A stretch of 64,000 nucleotides of DNA from a virus (taxonomy: Duplodnaviria > Caudoviricetes): the IMG/VR virus record IMGVR_UViG_3300047157_000186; one strand, given 5' to 3'. The notes beneath the pieces were generated by a model. It did not search any database. It had not been told where the DNA came from and was given only the letters and a program-made list of their open reading frames with translations. This document shows positions 26,879-37,573 of the stretch, piece by piece (the stretch's first letter is position 1; each line of letters begins with the position of its first letter). The position numbers and the translations under genes were made by a program.

Positions 26879-27280
26879 ATGGCATCTGAGGATAAATCAC
26901 AAAATTATAACTCTGATATTGAGAGAATGGCTGAAAAATTAAATGTTCAACCACCTCAACCTATTGAAACACCAAAAGAAGAGACTGCTTCACAGTTAAG
27001 TCAAATTCTTTCAGGATGGGGCAATAGAGTTAAAGATGCATTCGGCATGTTAGATGACGAGACTAAAGCAATGAGTGAAGCTAGATTAAAACATTGTGAC
27101 GGATGTTATATGAGAACTAGTAATACATGTGATCCAAGAAAGTCTATGAAAAATAACGTTACTGGTCAAGTAGTAACAGGGTGTGGATGTAATATTTCTG
27201 CAAAATCAATGTCACGTATGTCTAGATGTCCTTTAGATAAATGGGATAAAATTGAACCCAAAATTTGGAAAAAACAATAA
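26879..27280 (+). CDS. Cys-rich hypothetical protein
   Basis: CDGC...C...CGC...CPLDKW. Confidence 0.6.
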   Translation: MASEDKSQNYNSDIERMAEKLNVQPPQPIETPKEETASQLSQILSGWGNRVKDAFGMLDDETKAMSEARLKHCDGCYMRTSNTCDPRKSMKNNVTGQVVTGCGCNISAKSMSRMSRCPLDKWDKIEPKIWKKQ

Positions 27281-27284
27281 TATT

Positions 27285-28364
27285 ATGAAAGATAAATTAG
27301 TAAAACGGTTTGTAATAGGAACGTTCGTATCTTTATACGCATTAGTTTCTGTTATATCAACAATACACGTAATAGATTTCTTTGAATTATCAAATCCATA
27401 TTGGTTAGCAGTAACTTTAGCAATTGGTTTTGAAATAGGTGCAGCAGCATCTCTAGCATCTCTAGTTATTTTAAAGAAAATGAATAAAACTATTGTATGG
27501 TCCTTATTCATAGCAATTACTTTGATGCAAATGCAAGGTAACATGTATTATGCATTTATTAATTTAGAAAATTTTACAGGATGGTCAGAATTATTTGATT
27601 TAATAGAAGAAGATCTTATTGACCAAAAAAGAATTTTAGCATTTGTATCAGGTGCTATTTTACCACTTATTGCTTTAGGATTTATTAAATCTTTAGTAGA
27701 CTATATAAAACCAGAAGATGAGGATGAGATTATATCAGAAGGTATTTTAGGAGATTTGAATAAAGAAGAAGATGTAACAGGATTTGATACTGTACCTTCT
27801 GAAGAATTCTTTGAAGATATTCTTGATAAACCAGGTGATAATATAATGCCAAGTGTCGATGTAGATGAAGAACTTGACGCATGGAGAGATATTTCAGATG
27901 AATTAACTGAATCCTACGGCCCTGATGAATACGATGCATATATTGATCGTCATGAGCCTGGTAGTTGGTTAAAGAATCCACCAGAAGATAATGAAGAATC
28001 ACATAGCGATCACTTGTATGAAGAACCAAATCTATCTAAAATAAAAGAATCTGTAGAAGAATGGGACGAAGATCATGCTCTTGATTTAGTAATGAATGAC
28101 ATGGTAAAAGATATGGATCTTGAGGATTTTGAAGAAGTTCAGCAAGAAGAACTTGATGGAGCTTCAGAAGAAAGTTCTACAGAATTTCAAGAACCTAATC
28201 CAACATCAGTTGGTGCTATAGTTCAAAAAATAGAAACACCACATTTACCGACAAACGAAGAATTAAAATCTAAAACTCAAGACGAACTTTGGAATGAAGC
28301 AATGGCTAAAAAAGCCAAAAAAGAGATGGAAGATTTTATAAAAAATAAGAATGCAAATAAGTAG
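27285..28364 (+). CDS. multi-TM protein with long acidic C-terminal tail
   Basis: Four hydrophobic helices, then a D/E-rich region. Confidence 0.65.
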   Translation: MKDKLVKRFVIGTFVSLYALVSVISTIHVIDFFELSNPYWLAVTLAIGFEIGAAASLASLVILKKMNKTIVWSLFIAITLMQMQGNMYYAFINLENFTGWSELFDLIEEDLIDQKRILAFVSGAILPLIALGFIKSLVDYIKPEDEDEIISEGILGDLNKEEDVTGFDTVPSEEFFEDILDKPGDNIMPSVDVDEELDAWRDISDELTESYGPDEYDAYIDRHEPGSWLKNPPEDNEESHSDHLYEEPNLSKIKESVEEWDEDHALDLVMNDMVKDMDLEDFEEVQQEELDGASEESSTEFQEPNPTSVGAIVQKIETPHLPTNEELKSKTQDELWNEAMAKKAKKEMEDFIKNKNANK

Positions 28365-28785
28365 ATTAAAGATTAACATAGAAGACGTTTACATTTCTAA
28401 GCCTTTAGAAAAAGAAACGTATATAAAGGTTATGTCTGAAAATCCAAATACAATTCATTCTCTATATCTAATAGCAAATGAATTGAAAGCAATGCATTAC
28501 TTTCTTTCTTTAGATGATCATCCAGATCATATAATATCTGCATATATACAAGTTCATCATGGATATTGTAATAAAGCTCGACAACAAATAGGTGCTATTA
28601 AAAGCATGTCTCACAAATTAAAAATCAGACCATATTATGTTATCAGATACAAGATTACTGATAAAAAAACTATGAAAGAGACATTTTCTTTTAGACATAA
28701 GAGTACCAGTAAAAATGAAATATATAAATTAATCAAAGTGTTTCATGATAAAACAGAAGAATTATGCAAAGTAAATACGTTTTAA
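28351..28785 (+). CDS. hypothetical protein
   Basis: 144 aa ORF. Confidence 0.55.
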   Translation: MQISRLKINIEDVYISKPLEKETYIKVMSENPNTIHSLYLIANELKAMHYFLSLDDHPDHIISAYIQVHHGYCNKARQQIGAIKSMSHKLKIRPYYVIRYKITDKKTMKETFSFRHKSTSKNEIYKLIKVFHDKTEELCKVNTF

Positions 28786-29735
28786 AAATAGGCCAAAGTG
28801 GAGATTTAGTTAGAATTCTTCAAGAACTTTTAGATTTAAAACCAGATGGCGTTTTTGGAAATAAAACTAAAACAAAAGTAATTGAGTTTCAAAAACAAAA
28901 TAAATTAACATCCGATGGAATTGTTGGACCAATGACATGGATGAAATTAGAATACAATCCACTGGAACTAGAAGCAGATACTGATTTAACAACCGGTGCA
29001 ACTTGGATCCAACAATATCCTTTACCAGAAGGTGAATACGTTTTACAAAAAACACACAAAGAATGGATATTCTTACATCACACTGCAGGAAGACACAATC
29101 CTAAAGCAGTAATTGATCAATGGTCAAGAGACCAAAGAGGTAGAGTAGGAACACATTATGTGATTGGAGGAATTGCTTCAGATAAAGATACTAATAATTT
29201 GACAGAAGAAGATTCTGAATGGGATGGTAAAATATTACAAGCAATCAAAGACGAATACTGGGGATATCATTTAGGATCTGTTAAATCTTCTAAAATGCAT
29301 AAAGGAAGTATTAGCATAGAAATATGTTCAGCAGGATTTTTAACAGAAAAAAATGGCAAGTTCTACACATGGTATGGTGCAGAAGTACATGAATCTCAGG
29401 TTTGTAGATTAGACACAGAATACAAAGGACATAGATATTATCACAAATATTCTAACTCACAAATAGAAGCTACTAAAGCACTTTTATTATTACTTTCAGA
29501 TAAACATGGAATCGATATTAATAAAGGTGTAAAAGAAATGTTAATGAAAAGTGTTGGACAATACGATAGACAAGCAGTATCTTATTTAGTTAATGGAAAT
29601 TCAAATGTTTTTGATTATAGTGAAGACTTGAGTTATGGTAAAACAAAAGGTATATTAACACATGGTCAAGTTAGAAAGGATAAATCAGATGTTTTTCCAC
29701 AAAGAGAATTAATGAATATGTTACTTAATTTGTAA
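28764..29735 (+). CDS. N-acetylmuramoyl-L-alanine amidase with N-terminal PG-binding domain (endolysin)
   Basis: DGVFG..T...V..FQ.....DGIVG..T; IFLHHTAG, HYVIG, SIEIC, THGQVRKDKSD. Confidence 0.88.
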   Translation: MQSKYVLKIGQSGDLVRILQELLDLKPDGVFGNKTKTKVIEFQKQNKLTSDGIVGPMTWMKLEYNPLELEADTDLTTGATWIQQYPLPEGEYVLQKTHKEWIFLHHTAGRHNPKAVIDQWSRDQRGRVGTHYVIGGIASDKDTNNLTEEDSEWDGKILQAIKDEYWGYHLGSVKSSKMHKGSISIEICSAGFLTEKNGKFYTWYGAEVHESQVCRLDTEYKGHRYYHKYSNSQIEATKALLLLLSDKHGIDINKGVKEMLMKSVGQYDRQAVSYLVNGNSNVFDYSEDLSYGKTKGILTHGQVRKDKSDVFPQRELMNMLLNL

Positions 29736-29783
29736 TTGAAACAAATAAGTGATAAAATCATATAACTAGTAAATAATCACAAT

Positions 29784-29993
29784 ATGCAAAAAGTAAAAGA
29801 CGCTGAGGTAGAACAACCACAAATTTCACCATTTGAAGAGGTGAAAACAATGACAGACATACAAGCACTTAATATTTTAATACAAGCTGCAAACGCTGCA
29901 CAAGGAGCAGGAGCATTAAGTGTTAGAGATTCAGTATTTGTGGCTGCAGCTGCAGAATTATTAACTAAACCATTCGGTCAAAAACAAAAATAA
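29784..29993 (+). CDS. hypothetical protein
   Basis: After a class-2 promoter. Confidence 0.6.
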   Translation: MQKVKDAEVEQPQISPFEEVKTMTDIQALNILIQAANAAQGAGALSVRDSVFVAAAAELLTKPFGQKQK

Positions 29994-30386
29994 ATGAAAA
30001 TAGAAGTATCTAACGGAGAAATAATCGACAAGTACACAATCTTAGAGATTAAATTAGAACAAATTAAAGAACCATCAAAACTAGTTAACGTACAAAACGA
30101 GTTTGATTCTTTGAAACCAGTTGTAGATCAGATCTATAACGAAACACATGCACAAGAAGTTTTAGCAGAATTGAAACTAGATTTGCTTAATATCAATAAA
30201 ACACTTTGGAATATTGAAGATATAATTAGAGATCACGAACGTGAAGAGAGATTTGATTCTGATTTTATAGAATTAGCAAGATCTGTTTATTATACCAATG
30301 ATGAGAGAGCAGAAGTAAAAAAGCAAATCAATGAATTAACTGGTTCAGCGTTAGTAGAAGAAAAGTCTTATCAAGAATATAACTAG
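29994..30386 (+). CDS. DUF6165-like protein
   Basis: SNGEIIDKYTILEIK...LARSVYYTNDERA.VKKQIN; family usually found beside glycosyltransferases. Confidence 0.7.
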   Translation: MKIEVSNGEIIDKYTILEIKLEQIKEPSKLVNVQNEFDSLKPVVDQIYNETHAQEVLAELKLDLLNINKTLWNIEDIIRDHEREERFDSDFIELARSVYYTNDERAEVKKQINELTGSALVEEKSYQEYN

Positions 30387-30389
30387 CTT

Positions 30390-33300
30390 ATGTCAAAACA
30401 GGTTGCAATATGTATTGACACACCAGCGTTAGGTGATACTTTAGCCGCAATTCCTACTCTTAGGAAATTGTCAAAGGCATACGAGTCGCAACTTATAGTT
30501 TTCTCTAGTAAACCATTTTTATTTGAAAATCATCCACTAGTTTCTAAAGCACTAAAATTAGATGATCCTCTTAGAAACGATCCATCAATTAAAGTGTATC
30601 GTACATTTATGCCAATTGTTGGTAAAGCATATGATTTAAGGGGTGAGAAAGTAGAATTTAGATCATCGAACACAGACATTAGACAATTCCATGCCATATC
30701 TTTAGGGTTTAGTTTAACTCAAGAAGAAATGGAAATGGATTTGTATATTGAAAGAGAAAGAGAATTAGGACATGAAGATTATGTTATAATTCACCCTACA
30801 CATACTTGGCCAACTAGAACATGGGACCAACATAAATGGCAAGAATTAGTTGATAGATTAAATTCAAAAGGAATTCCTGTAGTTGCAGTAGGACGAGATT
30901 CAAAAGAAGTAGGAACATTTTCAGTAGATAAACCAGTAATGGATTTAAATATTAATTTAGGTGTTAATTTACTTAATGATCCTACTAATGATCCAGCAGA
31001 ATTACGATGGATGATGAATCATAAAGCTCGAGCTATAATTACAATGGATTCGGGCTTACTTCACATTGCAGGAACAACTGATGTTAATATTATTCAATTA
31101 GGCAGTTCTATAGATCCTAAATTAAGAGCACCATATAGAAAGGGTACACAAGATTATAAATATAAATATATTGCAGGTGGATGTGATATATTTTGTTCTA
31201 GTAACATGAAATATAATGTTAAGGAACATAATACTATTCAAGCCATTCCACCTCAAATTTATTGTTTAGAAAATAAACCTACATTTGAATGTCATCCATC
31301 AGTAGATAAAACATATAATGCTGTTTTAGATTTATATGATGATCTACCAATAAATCAAAAAACAGAAAGCATGGAAACTAAAAAGAAACTATTATTCTTA
31401 GCACCACATTTAAGTACAGGTGGAATGCCACAGTTTGTATTGAAAAGAGTAGAAGCGATGCTCGATGTTTCAGAATATGAAGTTCACTTAATAGAGTATA
31501 CACAATATAGTAATATCTATAATGTACAAAGAGATCAATTAATAGAAAAACTAGGCAATAACTTTCATACTATTGGATTCTTACAATCTATAGATATTAC
31601 AGAAAGAGGTCAAAAACTAATGGATAAAATATCTGAAATAGATCCAGATATTATTCACATAGATGAGTGTCCAGAATCTTTTGATAGTTTTAATAAATTA
31701 GATCAATCTGCAATGGATTGGTTATACAATAAAAAATGGAAAGTAGTAGAAACTTGCCACAATATTTGGTTTAATCCAGATAATAAAATAAATGATCCAG
31801 ATATGTACGCTTTATGTACACCATATCATTTAGAGACTTTCGCAAATAGAAATGGTTTAAAGCCAGTTATTGAATATCCTATTATCGATACCAAACCCTC
31901 AACTTTAGAAAGAGCAAAAGCAAGAGGTAAACTAGGATTGTCAATAGACAAGAAGCATATTTTAAATGTGGGTTTATGGACTTCTGGTAAAAACCAAAAA
32001 GAAGGTGTTGATATTGCTAGAGTTGTAGAAGCACAATGTCCAGGAGAATTTGAATTCCACTTTGTAGGTAATCAAGCTGAAAACTTTCAGAAATATTGGG
32101 GACCAATTATGGAAAATCTACCCAGTAATGTCAAAGTTTGGGGTGAACAATCAAACGTAGAAACATTTATGAGTGCATGTGACGCATTTATGTTTAACTC
32201 AACATGGGAGTGTAGTCCATTAGCATTGCGTGAAGCAATTGGGAGTGGATTAATTACATTCTCTAGGGACTTAGAACAATATAAGGACATGTTTACACCT
32301 TACATAGTTCCATTCTCTAACGACCTCCATGAAAATGTTGATCAATTAATCAAAACACTCAAATCATCAAAGGATCAAGGAAAAAATATCCCAGATGATG
32401 ATCTAGAACGCTTCAAGCAACAACATATAGAGTGGTACCAAACCTGTTTAGAGACCCCGAGAGCCAAACCAATAGCCAAAGCTCCTCGATGGAGATTAGA
32501 GTACATTGATGGCCCACGCATAACATGTGAAGAAGTAGGTGACGAGCCACTGAGAGCCGAATTCTGGGACGGAGAGGATCTGATCTACAGTGTAGATAAC
32601 ATGAAACGCGGCCATTGGTATCAGCCATCAAGACACTGGTGGACAGAGTGGACTGTAAAGATTTTGAGTAACGATCGACTGATTTACGAAGAGACACTAA
32701 CACTTGAAGACCAAGAGCTGACCATAGAAATGGCGAGCTCATCACTCGGAGACACCATATCGTTTATGGGACAGTTACACGCAGTGATGTATACACACAA
32801 GCCAACACGATTATATGTGAAGACACACAAACCCTGGCTGTTTGATCATGCATGGTACTTGGAAAGAGGTGTTGAATTCTTAGACTGGTCAGAGCCTACA
32901 AAGGGAGCGCTAATGACCGTTGGAGTCTTTTATACCATGGAAGAGCCTTGGAAAAGACACGAGCACAAATACGATTGGAGAACTATAAGTCTGGGTAAAA
33001 TCGCTGCTGATAGAATTGGAGTTGAGTATCAAGAACAGAGACCTAAGTTGGCATCTGAATTCTTGAAAAAGACCTCAAACAGCGCGCGAAATCCAAGTTT
33101 AGTTATAGCAACTCAATCAACAGCACAAGCCAAGTATTGGAATAATCCAACTGGTTGGCAAGAGGTTATAGATTGGGCAAATAAAAATAATATTTCCGTT
33201 TCCCATGCTTCGAGCGAAGGTAGTGAATTGACTGGCATCGAACAGTTGCCAGAATCTTTAGAAGAGGTTGCTAAAGCAATTAATAACGCGGACATGTTTA

Positions 33301-33593
33301 TTGGAATTTCCTCTGGCTTGTCTTGGTTCGCTTGGGCACTTGGAACTAAAACCTGCATTATAAGTGGTTTTACTGATCCTTATGTGGAATTTAAAGATGC
33401 TATCTATATTAACAATCATCAAGTATGTCATGGTTGCTGGGGATGGGATACATTTGATAAAGGTGATTGGAATTGGTGTCCAGCATGGAAAGGAACTAAA
33501 AGACAATTTGAATGTACAAAACAAATTGGATCAGATAGAGTAATAGATGTAATAAATAATCACCTTCACGGTGTATTAATAGAAAATAAATAG
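30390..33593 (+). CDS. three-domain glycosyltransferase: GT9-like + GT4 + Aah/TibC-like O-heptosyltransferase
   Basis: LGDT...DSGLLHIA (GT9); PHLSTGGMPQ, KNQ, WECSPL (GT4); SSSLGDTI, STAQAKYWN, SGLSW.AWA, CHGCW, WCP..FECTK. Confidence 0.8.
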   Translation: MSKQVAICIDTPALGDTLAAIPTLRKLSKAYESQLIVFSSKPFLFENHPLVSKALKLDDPLRNDPSIKVYRTFMPIVGKAYDLRGEKVEFRSSNTDIRQFHAISLGFSLTQEEMEMDLYIERERELGHEDYVIIHPTHTWPTRTWDQHKWQELVDRLNSKGIPVVAVGRDSKEVGTFSVDKPVMDLNINLGVNLLNDPTNDPAELRWMMNHKARAIITMDSGLLHIAGTTDVNIIQLGSSIDPKLRAPYRKGTQDYKYKYIAGGCDIFCSSNMKYNVKEHNTIQAIPPQIYCLENKPTFECHPSVDKTYNAVLDLYDDLPINQKTESMETKKKLLFLAPHLSTGGMPQFVLKRVEAMLDVSEYEVHLIEYTQYSNIYNVQRDQLIEKLGNNFHTIGFLQSIDITERGQKLMDKISEIDPDIIHIDECPESFDSFNKLDQSAMDWLYNKKWKVVETCHNIWFNPDNKINDPDMYALCTPYHLETFANRNGLKPVIEYPIIDTKPSTLERAKARGKLGLSIDKKHILNVGLWTSGKNQKEGVDIARVVEAQCPGEFEFHFVGNQAENFQKYWGPIMENLPSNVKVWGEQSNVETFMSACDAFMFNSTWECSPLALREAIGSGLITFSRDLEQYKDMFTPYIVPFSNDLHENVDQLIKTLKSSKDQGKNIPDDDLERFKQQHIEWYQTCLETPRAKPIAKAPRWRLEYIDGPRITCEEVGDEPLRAEFWDGEDLIYSVDNMKRGHWYQPSRHWWTEWTVKILSNDRLIYEETLTLEDQELTIEMASSSLGDTISFMGQLHAVMYTHKPTRLYVKTHKPWLFDHAWYLERGVEFLDWSEPTKGALMTVGVFYTMEEPWKRHEHKYDWRTISLGKIAADRIGVEYQEQRPKLASEFLKKTSNSARNPSLVIATQSTAQAKYWNNPTGWQEVIDWANKNNISVSHASSEGSELTGIEQLPESLEEVAKAINNADMFIGISSGLSWFAWALGTKTCIISGFTDPYVEFKDAIYINNHQVCHGCWGWDTFDKGDWNWCPAWKGTKRQFECTKQIGSDRVIDVINNHLHGVLIENK

Positions 33594-33594
33594 A

Positions 33595-34485
33595 ATGAGT
33601 AAAAGAGCAATAGTAACAGGAGGTGCAGGTTTTATTGGCACACATTTAGTAAAAAGACTTTTAAATCTAGGATGGCAAGTAACTGTTATAGATAATTTTA
33701 GTACTGGATCTATAGACAACATTAAAGATTTAGGGTGTGACTTTATAGAAGAACACATACATAATCCAATTATTCAAACATGGGAAATACAACATGATGC
33801 ATTATTTCATCTTGCGGCTCCTGTTTCTGTTGAAGAAAGTTTGAGTAATCCTAGTAAATACTATGAAGAAATTGTTGGAGGTACAACTAATATGGTTGAG
33901 TGGTCTTTAAAACAAGGTAACAAAAATATTATTATCGCATCTACTGCTGCAATTTATGGAGACTCAGATAATTTACCATATAAAGAATCTGGTGCAATTA
34001 ATCCTATTAGTCCATACGCAAGAGCAAAAAGAATGACTGAATTACTATTAGAAGATGAATTTAAAACTAATCCCTTTAAAGGCACTGCATTAAGATTCTT
34101 TAATGTTTATGGAGAAGGTCAAAGAAATGAAGGTGGTTATTTAAGTGCTGTTCCTATTTTCTTAAATCAATTTGAATCTTTTAAACCAATTACTGTTACT
34201 GGTGATGGCCAACAAACCAGAGATTGGGTTTATGTTGGTGATGTGGTTTCTGCGTGTATTGATGCCTATAATAGTACTGATAATGACGGAATTAAAATAA
34301 TGAATGTTGCATCAGGTCAGGAAACTAGTGTTATGGATTTAGCCGAAGCTTTTGGTGGAATTATTACACATATAGAAGAAAGATTAGAACCTAAAAGATC
34401 AGTAGCAGATATTAGTAAAATAAAAGAGACATTAAATTGGAAACCCGAAACCAACCTACTATCATGGGTAAAACAAATAAAATAA
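33595..34485 (+). CDS. NAD-dependent epimerase/dehydratase (extended SDR)
   Basis: TGGAGFIG, HLAA, YARAK, LRFFNVYG, RDWVYV. Confidence 0.92.
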   Translation: MSKRAIVTGGAGFIGTHLVKRLLNLGWQVTVIDNFSTGSIDNIKDLGCDFIEEHIHNPIIQTWEIQHDALFHLAAPVSVEESLSNPSKYYEEIVGGTTNMVEWSLKQGNKNIIIASTAAIYGDSDNLPYKESGAINPISPYARAKRMTELLLEDEFKTNPFKGTALRFFNVYGEGQRNEGGYLSAVPIFLNQFESFKPITVTGDGQQTRDWVYVGDVVSACIDAYNSTDNDGIKIMNVASGQETSVMDLAEAFGGIITHIEERLEPKRSVADISKIKETLNWKPETNLLSWVKQIK

Positions 34486-35129
34486 TGAACTACAAGATTT
34501 TTTTTATTGCAGCATTTGTTGCATTTAGCACATTAATTAGTGCACAAGAAGATGAATTAAATATCATAGATGTAAAAACAGATATCTACGAAATTACATA
34601 TTCACAAACATATCAACAACCATTAATGGTAAAATATACTGTTATTTGTGATGCAACTGCACCATCATATCCTAGACATGGCATAAGCTTTACAAAAGTA
34701 GAAGGTATTAAAACATCATCTTCTTCAGATTATAGTGATAATGTATGGGATAAAGGTCACATGGCGCCAGCAAATACATTCTCATGTAAAAAGGAATGGT
34801 TAGAAACTACATTTACTTATACTAATTGTGCATTACAACATCAGAATTTAAATAGAGGAGCGTGGGCTGCATTAGAAGGATTTGAAAGAGATTTAGCTGC
34901 AATATACGATGACATTGAAGTTGATATTACTATTTATTTTTCAGAAGAATGGACTACTAATTCAGATCCAGCAAGAATACCTTCTAATTTTATTAAGACT
35001 CTATCTTGGATAGAAGATGGTGGAAAACATAGATCAATCTCCTTTGATTTTCCAAATGAAAACACTAAAGGTAAATCCTTCTGGTCATTTAAATTAAAAG
35101 ATGGAGATTGGAACGGTAAAGAAGAATAA
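34485..35129 (+). CDS. secreted DNA/RNA non-specific endonuclease (NucA-like)
   Basis: Signal peptide; DKGHMAPA, QHQNLNRGAW..LE. Confidence 0.85.
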   Translation: MNYKIFFIAAFVAFSTLISAQEDELNIIDVKTDIYEITYSQTYQQPLMVKYTVICDATAPSYPRHGISFTKVEGIKTSSSSDYSDNVWDKGHMAPANTFSCKKEWLETTFTYTNCALQHQNLNRGAWAALEGFERDLAAIYDDIEVDITIYFSEEWTTNSDPARIPSNFIKTLSWIEDGGKHRSISFDFPNENTKGKSFWSFKLKDGDWNGKEE

Positions 35130-35130
35130 T

Positions 35131-35367
35131 ATGAGAAAACTATTAATAGCATTTGGTAATCTATTCGACATAGGTTGGTGGGCAAATAAAATCAATACTA
35201 AATTAGGTCTATATAAATGGGCTAAAAAGTCTAGATTTCGTAAATGGCAAGAAGGTCTAACAGGATGGAAATTCTGGGCATGGCAAATAGTAGGTGGAAT
35301 TACATTTATAATCATTTTTGAATTTATATTTAATAAAATAGGCATAACAATGTTACCATGGAAATAA
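35131..35367 (+). CDS. small membrane protein
   Basis: Trp-rich, C-terminal TM helix. Confidence 0.55.
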   Translation: MRKLLIAFGNLFDIGWWANKINTKLGLYKWAKKSRFRKWQEGLTGWKFWAWQIVGGITFIIIFEFIFNKIGITMLPWK

Positions 35368-35765
35368 TGAAAAAAGGAGTAATTTGTGGAAATTTTGATG
35401 TAATACACCCAGGATATATTAAAATGTTTAAAGAGTGTGCTGCTAATTGTGATTGTTTAATAGTTTTATTACATACTGATCCATCAATTGAAAGACCCCA
35501 TAAACTGAAGCCAATATTATCTGTAGAAGAAAGAACAGAAATGTTACTAGAATTAAAATCAGTTTGTGGCGTACATATTTATACATACGAAGCACAGTTA
35601 TTAGATCTACTTAAAATGGGTGAATTTAATGTAAGATTTCTGGGAGATGATTATATTGATAAACCATTTACTGGTGATAATTTAAATATACCAATTCATT
35701 ATTTAAACAGAGATCACGGTTGGTCTACAACAAAATTCAAGAAACTTATAGCTAAAACAGTTTAG
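35367..35765 (+). CDS. CTP_transf_like nucleotidyltransferase (TagD/HldE-C-like)
   Basis: GNFDVIHPGY, ER..ML, STT. Confidence 0.85.
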   Translation: MKKGVICGNFDVIHPGYIKMFKECAANCDCLIVLLHTDPSIERPHKLKPILSVEERTEMLLELKSVCGVHIYTYEAQLLDLLKMGEFNVRFLGDDYIDKPFTGDNLNIPIHYLNRDHGWSTTKFKKLIAKTV

Positions 35766-36121
35766 TTACACTCTCCGTAGTTTGATAAAAAGGTAAGCAG
35801 ATCCTCTGCTCCTACAATTCCATCTCCATCAAAATCACCTTCACATTCTGTTTGAACACACGAAGCATAATTAGGATGTTCTGTTAATAGAGGAAATACA
35901 TAACCATCTCCATTTAAAACGAAAGCAGTACCGATATCTGCACAGAAGATTATAGTATAACCTCCAGCTGGCAAGCCAAAATAATGTGCACCACCATCAC
36001 AATCTTGATATTGAAAGTTAGTCCATTTTTCAGCACCAACAGAGGTAAAGACATGTTGATTGCATTGTGCTACCGTATAAAAAGGTAGAAGAAATAGTAG
36101 GGAAATAATTAATGATTTCAT
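35762..36121 (-). CDS. secreted protein with C-terminal dockerin/EF-hand-like motif
   Basis: Signal peptide; CEGDFDGDGIVGAEDLLTFLSNYG. Confidence 0.7.
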   Translation of the reverse strand: MKSLIISLLFLLPFYTVAQCNQHVFTSVGAEKWTNFQYQDCDGGAHYFGLPAGGYTIIFCADIGTAFVLNGDGYVFPLLTEHPNYASCVQTECEGDFDGDGIVGAEDLLTFLSNYGECN

Positions 36122-36122
36122 G

Positions 36123-37401
36123 TTATCTAAATATTGTTATGTGTCCGTGTCTTTGGAATACTTCTGTAGATCCAAATTTCTTAGCGTAAAATGTATATGT
36201 GTAAACTCCATCAGATAGCATAGTGATCACCACCATTGACACTACCATCCCAATAAGGATATGAATCATAATAATCACCCTTACCAGAGTAGATCATGTC
36301 TCCCCATCTATTAAATATTTTAAATTCCACATCTACCCAACAATCTAAATCATAAACCATTTTCCATGTATCATTTAAGCCATCATTATTTGGTGTAAAT
36401 GTATTTGGAAGATAAACTGAAGTCCAATCTGGGCAAACTAAACCAGGATCATCAATACATTCTAATCCAGTTTCACAATCAATAGTAATATACTCATAAA
36501 TAGTATCTGTTAAGAATTCATATACAATCACTTCAACAGTATCGACAGTTGTGATAAAAAGAGTGTCAGTAACATATTCTGTAATGTACTCAATTTCAGT
36601 AACAGTATCAGTAATAAAGACTTCAACAAAAACCTCGACATCAACATATACAGTATCAATAGTTTCTACATAAAGAGTATCAGTAATAAAATTGTCTACA
36701 TATTCAATAATAGTATCAGTTACATAAAGAGTATCAATAGTTTCTATGTAAATCGTATCAGTAATGTATTCGATTATAGTGTCAGGTACACAAGGATCAT
36801 AGCAAACAGCTATTCTATTATCATCTATATTAATATCAGGATATGTCTGTGTCTGATTAAAACTATTACCAACAGTCCATCCGTTATCTGGAAAATCATC
36901 ATAACCTGCAGTTTGAGAAAGATTAATCTGCCATATTACTACTTCCCAACAATATCCCTCAAGGGGCGTGGCTAAAATACACTCCCAGGCAAATGGTGGA
37001 TTTATATTAATAGTAACGACATCTCCAGTTTCCCAACCACCCCAATTTGTAACATTAGTATATGACCAACCTGGATGAAATGTTGTAGAAGTACAATCTG
37101 TGTTTTCTCCTAAGTCTTCTCCAGTGATTTCATTTACATAATGAATACCAAAAACAAGATGAGATACATTTTCATTATTATTTACGGAACTAGATCCATT
37201 GCCATCGCAAGTATTTTCATCCCACTGAGTAAATTCATTACATCCACAGTTTTCTGCATTAACAAATTCAATTACAAAAGAATGGTCATCTTCTGTTGTG
37301 ACAGGTGGTGTTTGACTTATGAGTGTTAAATCACAGGTTTGCGCATATGCGCTAGTAACTAGAAAAAGCCCCAGAAAGGCTATCATTGAGTATTTCAGCA
37401 T
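36123..37401 (-). CDS. T9SS type-B (gliding-motility CTD) secreted protein with DT-rich repeats; 1-nt frameshift near 36218
   Basis: Signal MLKYSMIAF..AYAQ; NTFTPNNDGLNDTW, IFNRWG; shifted frame continues SDGVYTYTFYA...GHITIFR* to 36123. Confidence 0.75.
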
Positions 37402-37473
37402 TTGTAAAAAAAAAAAGTGTTTAAGAGTTCTAGGCCGAGAAGTTAAGTGTCGCCGTTGCGACTGGCCTAATGT

Positions 37474-37501
37474 TATATATCTTCTAGAATATAGATATAT
37501 A
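37474..37501. promoter_or_regulatory. back-to-back class-3 (putative late) GATATATA motifs between divergent genes
   Basis: Minus-strand copy at 37474-37481, plus-strand copy at 37494-37501; other copies at 2414, 3343, 4002, 4867, 11258, 12460, 49549, 53385 and 57896. Confidence 0.55.
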
Positions 37502-37573
37502 ATATAATAATAAAAAAAATATGTTAGTCTAGCCTCTTCCGATAAATGTATTGTGCCTGACTTGATGTAGTAT

